Source of the DNA: Dickeya dadantii NCPPB 898
GTDB taxonomy: Bacteria; Pseudomonadota; Gammaproteobacteria; Enterobacterales; Enterobacteriaceae
Direction of reading: 5' to 3'
DNA length: 32,000 bases
Assembly (NCBI RefSeq): GCF_000406145.1
Contig: NZ_CM001976.1
Coordinates: forward strand, 2,741,337-2,773,336
Made by a program: the position numbers and the translations under genes. Position 1 is the stretch's first letter; each line of letters starts with the position of its first letter. The notes under the pieces are model-generated. The model saw only the letters and a list, made by a program, of their open reading frames with translations. It was not told the DNA's origin and did no database searches. Below are positions 8,418 through 17,389 of the stretch, piece by piece.

Positions 8418-9112
8418 TGAATCACAGAGACGAATTTTTAGCTGACATCGCCAAAGCACTAGGCCGGGATGTTCGTCATATTCCCTCTCCGCCGCCGGTT
8501 CCGGTCAATGATTATGCCCACTCTCGTCTGACTGAACTCGACGCACAGCAACGCTGTGACGCGTTCATTGAATTTGCCACCAACGTCATGCTGGTGCACT
8601 GTGAATTGACCACCGACGTTGATGCGCCTGAGGCGACATTGCGTTTGTGCGAACGCTATGGACGCGAACCCGTGCTGATCAGCGGCGATGATCGACTGGC
8701 GGCATTGGGTATCACTGCCCGGCTACAGGAAGTCTGCGATGCGGTCGTCTGGGATTCAGCGCATGGCGAGGAGAATATCCGGCTGGCAGAGCAAGCCAAA
8801 GTAGGCGTGGTATACGCGGAATATGGCTTAACCGAGTCCGGAGGAGTGGTGTTGTTTTCTGCGCCGGAACGTGGCCGCGCGATCAGTTTACTGCCAGAAT
8901 CATCGATTTTTGTCCTGCGCAAAAGTACTATTTTACCACGTGTGGCACAACTGGCGCGTCGACTGCATCAGATAGCCCAGCAGGGCACACGAATGCCTTC
9001 CTGTATCAATCTGATCGGCGGCCCTAGCTCCACGGCCGACATTGAGCTTATCAAGGTGGTAGGGGTACACGGCCCAGTGAACGCAGCGTATCTGATCATA
9101 GAAGACTGTTAA
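8414..9112 (+). CDS. lutC: Lactate utilization protein C (LutC/YkgG)
   Basis: 232 aa. The start overlaps the lutB stop (ATGATGA). It occupies the third position of the ykgEFG/lutABC arrangement. Confidence 0.85.
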   Translation: MMNHRDEFLADIAKALGRDVRHIPSPPPVPVNDYAHSRLTELDAQQRCDAFIEFATNVMLVHCELTTDVDAPEATLRLCERYGREPVLISGDDRLAALGITARLQEVCDAVVWDSAHGEENIRLAEQAKVGVVYAEYGLTESGGVVLFSAPERGRAISLLPESSIFVLRKSTILPRVAQLARRLHQIAQQGTRMPSCINLIGGPSSTADIELIKVVGVHGPVNAAYLIIEDC

Positions 9113-9215
9113 CAACCACAGGGATACCCCTTGCGCCGAAGCCGAATTAGCGTCGGACAAGGGGTCATAATAGCGGCGTGGGCCTGCCCGGTTTTAGCGC
9201 TACGCCGCCAGCCGT

Positions 9216-12200
9216 TTATCCCTCAATCTGCGCCATCGCCTGCAAAATGCGTTTATCGGAAACCGGATAAGGCGTGCCGAGCTGCTGGGCGAAGTAGCTG
9301 ACGCGCAGTTCTTCGATCATCCAACGGATCGCTTTTACGTCGTCGTCTTCCCGTCGCTCCGGCGGCAGCTTGTTCAGCCACTGCTGCCAGGCTTGCTGCA
9401 CCTGCTCCACTTTCAGCATTTGCGCGCGATCGCGATGGACATCCTGCGCCAGTTTATCCAGCCGACGCTCGATGGCCTGCAGATAGCGCAGCACATCCGG
9501 CAGCCGTTTCCAGCCGTTGTCAGTCACGAAACCGCGGAACACCAGCCCGCTCATCTGGCTTTTGATGTCGCTCAAGGCCAACGCCAGCGCCATATCCACC
9601 CGACCTTTGAGCCGTTTGTTGATATTGAATACTGTGGTTAAAATCTGCTCCACCTGCCGGGCGATATCCACCACCGTATCGTTCAGTTCCGCCCGTACTC
9701 GCTCGTGCAACTGACGGAAAGCGTCTTCCTGCCACACCGGGCCGCCCGCTACCGTCATCAACTGGTCCACGCCGCAGGCGATGCAATCGTCGATCAGCTC
9801 CAGCACCTTGCCGTAGGGGTTGAAATACAGCCCCAGCTTGGCCTTGTTAGGCAGCTTTTCGTGCAGATACTTGATGGGAGACGGAATGTTCAGCAACAGC
9901 AGCCGGCGCTGACCGCGCCACATCATCTGTTGCTGCTGGTGCGGTGTATCGAACAGACGTATCGCCACGCTGTCTTTCTCATCCACCAGCGCCGGGTAGG
10001 CTTTTACCGCGTAACCGCCGCGTTTCTGCTCGTAACGCTCCGGCAAATCGCCAAAACTCCAGATATGCAGATCGCGCTGTTCGATGCCGTCATCCGCCAC
10101 CGCCGACAGCGTTTGCTGCACCTTCTCCTGCAACTGATCTTTCAACGCCCGCAGACTCTTGCCTTCCCGTAGCGCACGGCTTTTCTCGTCCACCACCCGG
10201 AAGGTCATTTTCAGGTGATCGGGCACCTGTTCCCACTGCCAGGCTTCACGGTCGACCGTCACGCCGGTCATCAGCCGCAGTTCACGCTCCAGCGCGTCCA
10301 GCAGCCCTTTCTCCAGCGGTGTCACCCGCGCCAGAAACGCTTCGGCATAGTTGGGCGCCGGCACGAAGTTGCGCCGTATCGGTTTGGGCAGCGATTTGAT
10401 CAGCGCCACCACCACCTCACTGCGCAGTCCTGGGATCTGCCATTCGAATCCGTCCTCTTTTACCTGATTCAACACCGGCAGCGGAATATGCACGGTGACG
10501 CCGTCGGCGTCCGCCCCCGGTTCGAACTGATAGGTGAGACGCAAACGCAGCTCGCCCTGCTGCCAATGGTTCGGATAATCCAGCGCGCTGACGCGTTCCG
10601 CCCCGTCTTTGATCAGCATTGCCTTCTCGAAATTCAGCTGCTCCGGGTCGGTTTTCGACGCCTGTTTCCACCAGTTGTCGAAATGACGGCTCGATACCAC
10701 ATCGTGGGGAAGACGCTGGTCGTAGAACGCAAACAGCGTCTCGTCATCCACCAGAATGTCGCGACGACGGGACTTGTTCTCCAGTTCCTCCACTTCCGAT
10801 CGCAGTTTCTGATTGGCGCGGAAAAACGCGTGCTGGGTCTGCCAGTCGCCTTCCACCAGCGCATGGCGAATGAACAGCTCGCGCGACACCACCGGGTCGA
10901 TGGCGCCGTAGTTCACCTTACGGGCCGCCACCAGCGGCAGACCGTACAGCGTGACCTTTTCCTGCGCCATCACCGCACCCTGCGCTTTCTCCCAGTGCGG
11001 CTCGCTGTAGCTGCGTTTGATCAGATGCTGCGCCAGCGGTTCAACCCATTCCGGTTCGATGCGAGCGGCGATGCGCCCCCACAGGCGGCTGGTTTCCACC
11101 AGTTCCGCTACGATGGTCCACTTCGGCGGCTTTTTGAACAGCCCCGAGCCGGGGAAAATGGCGAAACGGGTGTTGCGCGCTCCACTGAATTCCTGTTTCT
11201 CAACATCTTTTTGCCCGATGTGGGACAGCAGCCCGGTCAGTAACGCGCCGTGCAGGCTACGGTAATCCGCCGGTTCGCTATTGACCGGGAAGCCCAGTTC
11301 TTTTACCACCTGACGCAGTTGGGTGTAGATATCCTGCCATTCCCGCACCCGCAGGTAGTTGAGGTAATCGCTGCGGCACAGTTTACGAAACTGGCTGGAC
11401 GACAGCGCTTTCTGCTGCTCTTGCAGGTAATCCCACAGGTTGACGAAGGCCAGGAAATCGGACTCTTTATCGGCGAAACGACGGTGTTTCTCCTCCGCCG
11501 CCTGCTTTTTCTCTACCGGGCGCTCGCGTGGGTCTTGAATCGACAACGCCGCGGTGATGACCATCACCTCGCGCACGCAGCTGGTCTGGCGCGCTTCCAG
11601 CACCATGCGCGCCAGCCGCGGGTCGATAGGCAACTGCGCCAGTTGGCGCCCCTGCGGCGTCAACCGGTAATGACCGTCCTCGCTGCTCTGGAGCGCGCTC
11701 AGCTCTTCCAGCAGCCGCACCCCATCCTGAATGTTGCGCTTGTCCGGCGCTTCAACAAACGGAAACGCCGCGATATCGCCCAGCCCCAACGCCGTCATCT
11801 GCAAAATGACCGACGCCAGGTTGGTGCGCAAAATCTCCGGGTCGGTAAACGGCGGTCGGGAGAGAAAATCCTGCTCGGAATAGAGCCGGATGCAGATGCC
11901 TGCCGCCACACGGCCGCAACGTCCTTTGCGCTGGTTGGCGGAAGCCTGCGACACCGGCTCGATCGGCAGCCGCTGCACCTTGGTGCGGTAGCTGTAGCGG
12001 CTGATGCGCGCGGTACCGGGGTCAATCACGTAACGAATGCCCGGCACCGTCAGCGAGGTTTCCGCTACGTTGGTCGCCAGCACGATGCGCCGCCCGTGAT
12101 GAGACTGGAACACCCGGTTCTGTTCCTGATTGGAGAGCCGCGCGTACAGCGGCAAAATTTCGGTATGCGGCAAATCCTGTTTATTCAGCGCGTCGGCGGT

Positions 12201-13103
12201 ATCGCGTATTTCCCGCTCGCCGCTCATGAACACCAGAATATCGCCCGGCCCTTCGCGACAGAGTTCATCCACCGCATCCAGAATCGCCTGCAACTGGTCG
12301 CGGTCGCTGTCCTGCGCGTCTTCCACCACCGGCCGGTAACGAACATCCACCGGATAGGTTCGCCCAGAGACTTCGATGATCGGCGCGTTGCTAAAGTGCC
12401 GTGAAAAACGCTGCGGATCGATGGTAGCCGAGGTAATGATGACCTTGAGGTCCGGCCGTTTGGGCAATAGCTGTTTGAGGTAGCCGAGAATAAAGTCGAT
12501 GTTGAGACTGCGTTCGTGCGCCTCGTCGATGATCAGCGTGTCGTACTGCATCAACAGCCTGTCCTGCTGAATCTCCGCCAGCAGAATACCGTCCGTCATC
12601 AGTTTGACCAGCGTGTTGTCGCCGACCTGATCGTTAAATCGCACCTTGTAACCCACCGTGCTACCCAGCGGCGTCTCCAGCTCCGCCGCGATGCGATCCG
12701 CCACGCTGCGGGCCGCCAGCCGGCGCGGCTGAGTATGGCCGATCAACCCGGTGACGCCGCGCCCCAGTTCCAGACACATCTTCGGCAACTGGGTGGTTTT
12801 GCCCGAGCCGGTTTCCCCGGCCACGATCACCACCTGATGATCGCGAATGGCGCTGAGGATCGCCTCGCGTTTCTGGCTGACCGGCAATGCTTCCGGGTAA
12901 CGTATCGCCGGCAACGACGCCCTGCGCTGCTCCACTCGCAGGCGCGCGGCCTCGATCTCCTGGCCGATTTCCTGCGCAATCGAAACCTGTGCCTGTGGAT
13001 TTCCCACTTTCATCGCGCCTTGCAGACGGCGGCGCAGGCGTTGCCGGTCGCGCAGCATTAGCACATTGAGCTGAGGTTCTAACGCATGGAGGGGTGATGT
13101 CAC
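9216..13103 (-). CDS. hrpA: ATP-dependent RNA helicase HrpA (DEAH-box)
   Basis: 1295 aa with motifs GETGSGKTTQLP, DEAH (IIDEAHERS), SAT and QRKGRCGR, plus a long C-terminal extension. GTG start after TAAGGAA. It is adjacent to azoR, as in E. coli. Confidence 0.95.
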   Translation of the reverse strand: MTSPLHALEPQLNVLMLRDRQRLRRRLQGAMKVGNPQAQVSIAQEIGQEIEAARLRVEQRRASLPAIRYPEALPVSQKREAILSAIRDHQVVIVAGETGSGKTTQLPKMCLELGRGVTGLIGHTQPRRLAARSVADRIAAELETPLGSTVGYKVRFNDQVGDNTLVKLMTDGILLAEIQQDRLLMQYDTLIIDEAHERSLNIDFILGYLKQLLPKRPDLKVIITSATIDPQRFSRHFSNAPIIEVSGRTYPVDVRYRPVVEDAQDSDRDQLQAILDAVDELCREGPGDILVFMSGEREIRDTADALNKQDLPHTEILPLYARLSNQEQNRVFQSHHGRRIVLATNVAETSLTVPGIRYVIDPGTARISRYSYRTKVQRLPIEPVSQASANQRKGRCGRVAAGICIRLYSEQDFLSRPPFTDPEILRTNLASVILQMTALGLGDIAAFPFVEAPDKRNIQDGVRLLEELSALQSSEDGHYRLTPQGRQLAQLPIDPRLARMVLEARQTSCVREVMVITAALSIQDPRERPVEKKQAAEEKHRRFADKESDFLAFVNLWDYLQEQQKALSSSQFRKLCRSDYLNYLRVREWQDIYTQLRQVVKELGFPVNSEPADYRSLHGALLTGLLSHIGQKDVEKQEFSGARNTRFAIFPGSGLFKKPPKWTIVAELVETSRLWGRIAARIEPEWVEPLAQHLIKRSYSEPHWEKAQGAVMAQEKVTLYGLPLVAARKVNYGAIDPVVSRELFIRHALVEGDWQTQHAFFRANQKLRSEVEELENKSRRRDILVDDETLFAFYDQRLPHDVVSSRHFDNWWKQASKTDPEQLNFEKAMLIKDGAERVSALDYPNHWQQGELRLRLTYQFEPGADADGVTVHIPLPVLNQVKEDGFEWQIPGLRSEVVVALIKSLPKPIRRNFVPAPNYAEAFLARVTPLEKGLLDALERELRLMTGVTVDREAWQWEQVPDHLKMTFRVVDEKSRALREGKSLRALKDQLQEKVQQTLSAVADDGIEQRDLHIWSFGDLPERYEQKRGGYAVKAYPALVDEKDSVAIRLFDTPHQQQQMMWRGQRRLLLLNIPSPIKYLHEKLPNKAKLGLYFNPYGKVLELIDDCIACGVDQLMTVAGGPVWQEDAFRQLHERVRAELNDTVVDIARQVEQILTTVFNINKRLKGRVDMALALALSDIKSQMSGLVFRGFVTDNGWKRLPDVLRYLQAIERRLDKLAQDVHRDRAQMLKVEQVQQAWQQWLNKLPPERREDDDVKAIRWMIEELRVSYFAQQLGTPYPVSDKRILQAMAQIEG

Positions 13104-13171
13104 GGTGCGATTCCTTACTGTCTGATTCCGGGTACGGTTGAACCAGATTGTTCAACGGTCCGGCGCCCTGC

Positions 13172-13247
13172 TTGTACTGTGGGCATAACCTGATTGTACT
13201 GCAGGCATAAAATTGTACTGCAGACATAATTGGTACTGCAGGCATAA
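13172..13247. repeat. Four tandem copies of a ~17-bp motif TTGTACTGCAGGCATAA in the hrpA-azoR intergenic region
   Basis: Copies are at 13172-13188 (ttgtactgtgggcataa), 13194-13210 (ttgtactgcaggcataa), 13212-13228 (ttgtactgcagacataa) and 13231-13247 (tggtactgcaggcataa). Spacing is 22, 18 and 19 bp. Confidence 0.8.
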
Positions 13248-13407
13248 ATGAATAGTGCGGCGGGCATGGTATCACATTGACCGCGCAGGCTATACGCCGT
13301 CAGGCGGGATTCCGCCGCACGCGCCGTGGTCTGACGCCTTCATTCAATAAAATCGAACAAAGATCTCGAAATATTACGCTATCCCATTGTCGACAACGCG
13401 CCTATGA

Positions 13408-14067
<660 letters not shown>

Positions 14068-14110
14068 CGACTACGATTTAACTCCCCTCATACTCGCCGC
14101 CGTGTTGCCT

Positions 14111-14170
14111 TGACAGCAACGTTGCTCTGATAACGACGTTGATCTGACAACAACGTTGATCTGACCAACA
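14111..14170. repeat. 17-bp tandem repeat (3.5 copies) with a palindromic CAACGTTG-type core, between the convergent azoR and ynbE
   Basis: Copies are tgacagcaacgttgctc (14111-14127), tgataacgacgttgatc (14128-14144), tgacaacaacgttgatc (14145-14161) and a partial tgaccaaca. They are bracketed by the 9-bp inverted repeat CCGCCGTGT (14097-14105) / ACACGGCGG (14187-14195). Confidence 0.8.
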
Positions 14171-14198
14171 GATACCTTGTCACCGCACACGGCGGATT

Positions 14199-14456
14199 TT
14201 AGTCTTCCTGTTTTTTACCTTGCGGTCTGTCTTTTTCTTGCGTGTCGCTCGGCGCGCTTTTCTTTATTTGATCGCCCACGCGGTTATCTGACTTTTCCAG
14301 CAGTTGCACCGTCTCTTTATCCGTACGGATGTGGATGTCGTGCTCAATGTGCACATTCATGTTGATGGTGATCGGTTCTTTCGGTGCCGCCACCTCAATG
14401 CGCGGGGTGCAACCGGTCAGCAACACGGCAGCCATTGCGACACAGGCAGTTTTCAT
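14199..14456 (-). CDS. ynbE: Lipoprotein YnbE (partner of YdbH) with an extended charged C-terminal tail
   Basis: I chose the start at MKTACVAMAAVLLTGC (lipobox LTGC), preceded by GAGGA. The core CTPRIEVAAPKEPITINMNV.IEH closely matches E. coli YnbE as I recall it. It lies immediately downstream of ydbH. Confidence 0.8.
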   Translation of the reverse strand: MKTACVAMAAVLLTGCTPRIEVAAPKEPITINMNVHIEHDIHIRTDKETVQLLEKSDNRVGDQIKKSAPSDTQEKDRPQGKKQED

Positions 14457-14480
14457 CTCATCCTCTTTCTTCATAGTGAG

Positions 14481-17084
14481 TTACTCCGCGGCCTGCTGTT
14501 CCAGCGATGCCTTCAGGTTATCGCCAAAGCGCAGGCTGTGCCACAGCTGGAAAATGTTCTCCTGCTGGCGGTAATTCAGCACAATGTCGCGCCGTGACTG
14601 GTCATCCATCACGCTGTGACCGGTGATGCGCGACACCAGCGACAACTCGCCGCGCTGGCTGAGATTCAGCGTGACCCAGGATCGCCCAATCTCCATATAG
14701 CGCAGCCAGGCCACCGCCGCGGCGTTGGCGACGCTGTTCTGCGCCAGTTGGTCGGCCAGTTGCGGGTCCAGCTGTACGGTCAGCGGTGTGTCATTAGTCA
14801 GTTTGCCGTCCTGCACCAGCATCGAAGGATGACTGAAATTCAGCGGCAACACCCCGCTAACCCGGCCGGACATCGCCAGTTTTTTCGCCTTTAAGCCAGC
14901 GACCAGCTCGCCGAGATCGATACCCTGCAGCCGTAATACCGCAGCGTCATGAGCGGGTAGACGCAACGGCGACAACGACAGGTGGCCGTCCAGCACGTCA
15001 AGATCCAACTGCGCCAGCGTCAACGGGTGACGCTCGCTGTAGGGATAGGCGCCATACACCTGCACGTCGATATTCCGTATCGGGAACAAGCTATCCAGCC
15101 GGTTGACGCGCAATGTCACCGGCTGGGAAATCCCCAGTTGCCAGCGGTGGTTTTCAAACCGGTACGGCAGCACAAAATTGACCCCGCTGAGCTCGCCATC
15201 CTCCAGCCAGGCGCCGCCGTTTTTCACCACCCAATGGCCACCGGCGCGGAATCCCTGGCCGCGAGCGGCGGAAAATGCGGTTTGCGCGTAAAACTGACCG
15301 GTGCGAATCGCCAGTTGCCAGGCTGGCGGCAGCAACGACTGGAACACCCGTAATGGCTGAGGCGACCACCAGCCGTTGCCGCGCAGGCGCTTCCCGTCCC
15401 AACGGCCGTTGAGCTGGATCGGACCGACTGGATCCGCCTGCAACTGCCCGCGCCACAGGAAGTCGTGCGGATTGCGCCCACGAATATCCACCGTCAGTTC
15501 GGTGGCGGGCAACATGCCGGCACCCTGCAAATTCACCTGTTTCGCCGCCAGTCTTAATGCGCCGCGTAGCGAAGCCGCCGCCGGGTCACGTCGCCAGCGC
15601 AGCGGTTCGGTCAGCGTCAGCCGCGGCTGATCAACCGTCACCACGCCGTAACGCAGCTGGTTCAGGCCGCTGGATAAGGACTCGACCTCAATCAGGTCAT
15701 CCTGCCAGCGGCCATGCCCGGCGATATCCCAGCTCCCCTGCAACGGCGGCAGATGCCCTTCCCCCCAGTAACGCCAGCGCCAGTCGCCGCTATCGGGCCA
15801 GAACTGTTGCGCTTTGCCATCCAGATGCAGCCGGAAACGCCCCCAATAGCTATCGCGCACTTTCACAATCGCCTGCAACCGGCCACTGACGCCCCGTCGG
15901 GTGACCTGGATGCCGGCCAGCGGCCAGCGCGCCTCTTCCAGCGTCACCGTCGGGCGCGGCGCGCCCCAGGCCCGTAATAGCGAGCCGGGCAACAGCACCA
16001 CGGTGGGATCCAGCACGGCGCCTTTCACCGTTCCCGGCAACGACGCGAAAATCGACAGATCGGGAAGATTCGCCTGCCCGGTAAGCTGAAAACGGATATC
16101 GCTGTCGGTCAGCCCCAACTGACCAGGCCCCAACGACAACACCGCGTTGGCGCGACCGTTATGCCCTTGCGTCAGAACATTAAGCCGCGCTTCCAGTCGC
16201 AGCGGATCGTGCAAACTCAACACGTCATACAGCGTCAACGCTATGCCGCCTGTCAGCGGCTGGCTGGCGTACGGCCAGCGCCAGCGGCCATCGTAGATGC
16301 GCAGGTTGCCGTCGCTCACCTGCCACGGCAACGTCAGCAAAGGCTCCGCCATCGACGCCACGCCGACCGTCAGTTCGCCCTGATTACCATGCCAGCGCAG
16401 TGTGGCGCTGGCCGGCTCCGGTAACCACAACGGCAACTGCTGCCCCTGCACTTCGCCCTGCTCCGGCAGTTGGTTGAGCGCCGGCGCCAGTTGCATCGCG
16501 CCGTTGATCTGCAATGGCGGATGCGCCGTCGTGGCGCGCATCTGACCTTGTTGCAGCGTCAGCGCGGCACCGTGCAGTTCCGCCTGCACCTGTAGCTGAT
16601 CGCTCTGAATTCGGAGTTGCTGACGCGACGCGTCGGTAGAGAGTTGCAGGCTGCCGACCTGCGTCAGCCAGGGTGTAATCGCAACGCGATGTAGCATCAG
16701 CTCGGCTTGCGGCAACCACTGTTGCCACTGCGCCAGCAACGGCACCGTCATATTGGAAGAAACCGGCCACTGCCGCAGGCAAGCCGCATCCAGCGTCAGC
16801 GACTCCGCCTCCAGTTGCCAGCGTCCTTCCCGATAGCGAACCAGCAGGCCCGACAGCGTGGCCGGCTGGCACTGCGCCAGACGCAGTTGCACATCCGGCA
16901 GCCAGAATCCGCCTTGCCGCCAGCCCGGCGATGCCTGCATCACGAGGCTGACCCCGACGGGCAAATAGGGCCGCAGCAACACCGGCAGCCAGCGCGGCAT
17001 GGTCCAGCAGGCGGTCGCCACCCCCAGCGCCAGCACGAACACCAGCGCTGCCAGCCAGCCTGCATAGCGCATTAACTTCAGCAT
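14481..17084 (-). CDS. ydbH: AsmA-like intermembrane lipid-transport protein YdbH
   Basis: 867 aa with an N-terminal TM anchor (MLKLMRYAGWLAALVFVLALGVA) and a long beta-rich, Q/L/G/W-rich body. The size is close to E. coli YdbH (879 aa). The ydbH-ynbE order is conserved. Confidence 0.88.
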   Translation of the reverse strand: MLKLMRYAGWLAALVFVLALGVATACWTMPRWLPVLLRPYLPVGVSLVMQASPGWRQGGFWLPDVQLRLAQCQPATLSGLLVRYREGRWQLEAESLTLDAACLRQWPVSSNMTVPLLAQWQQWLPQAELMLHRVAITPWLTQVGSLQLSTDASRQQLRIQSDQLQVQAELHGAALTLQQGQMRATTAHPPLQINGAMQLAPALNQLPEQGEVQGQQLPLWLPEPASATLRWHGNQGELTVGVASMAEPLLTLPWQVSDGNLRIYDGRWRWPYASQPLTGGIALTLYDVLSLHDPLRLEARLNVLTQGHNGRANAVLSLGPGQLGLTDSDIRFQLTGQANLPDLSIFASLPGTVKGAVLDPTVVLLPGSLLRAWGAPRPTVTLEEARWPLAGIQVTRRGVSGRLQAIVKVRDSYWGRFRLHLDGKAQQFWPDSGDWRWRYWGEGHLPPLQGSWDIAGHGRWQDDLIEVESLSSGLNQLRYGVVTVDQPRLTLTEPLRWRRDPAAASLRGALRLAAKQVNLQGAGMLPATELTVDIRGRNPHDFLWRGQLQADPVGPIQLNGRWDGKRLRGNGWWSPQPLRVFQSLLPPAWQLAIRTGQFYAQTAFSAARGQGFRAGGHWVVKNGGAWLEDGELSGVNFVLPYRFENHRWQLGISQPVTLRVNRLDSLFPIRNIDVQVYGAYPYSERHPLTLAQLDLDVLDGHLSLSPLRLPAHDAAVLRLQGIDLGELVAGLKAKKLAMSGRVSGVLPLNFSHPSMLVQDGKLTNDTPLTVQLDPQLADQLAQNSVANAAAVAWLRYMEIGRSWVTLNLSQRGELSLVSRITGHSVMDDQSRRDIVLNYRQQENIFQLWHSLRFGDNLKASLEQQAAE

Positions 17085-17389
17085 GGTTTATGTTTCAGGG
17101 TTATTCCGGTGGTCATTATTTGTCATTCAGTGCGAATCGTTACGGTTTATGAACCAAAAGTCACCATTCAGTTCACATTCCCCCGCAAAATCCATACATG
17201 CCAATTACCTGATCGTGATAAAATTTTTACATAAGCGCAATATCTGACTACACCACGCGCCGGTGACAGGCTCGCTGACGCCGTGGCGCGAGCGTCAATC
17301 CTGCCCGGATTATACATTCATCAATATTGTTGCTTATTCAAACAATACGGACCTGCTCTACCCTTCAATATCGCAAAAAGGGATGCTCC

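Noticed and set aside
9113-9215. Long imperfect hairpin (CCCCTTG...CAAGGGG) between the convergent lutC and hrpA, considered as a terminator
   Set aside because: The stem is interrupted and has no flanking T or A tract on either strand, so support for a terminator call is insufficient.
9393-13069. Multiple long plus-strand ORFs (up to 384 aa) inside hrpA
   Set aside because: All are antisense shadow ORFs of the 1295-aa DEAH helicase gene. They are R/Q/H/L-rich with no motifs. The 204-aa minus-strand ORF at 12661..13275 is an alternative frame of the same region.
14616-17075. Plus-strand ORFs and alternative-frame minus ORFs within ydbH
   Set aside because: They are shadow frames of a GC-rich 867-aa gene, with low-complexity R/A/P/G composition.
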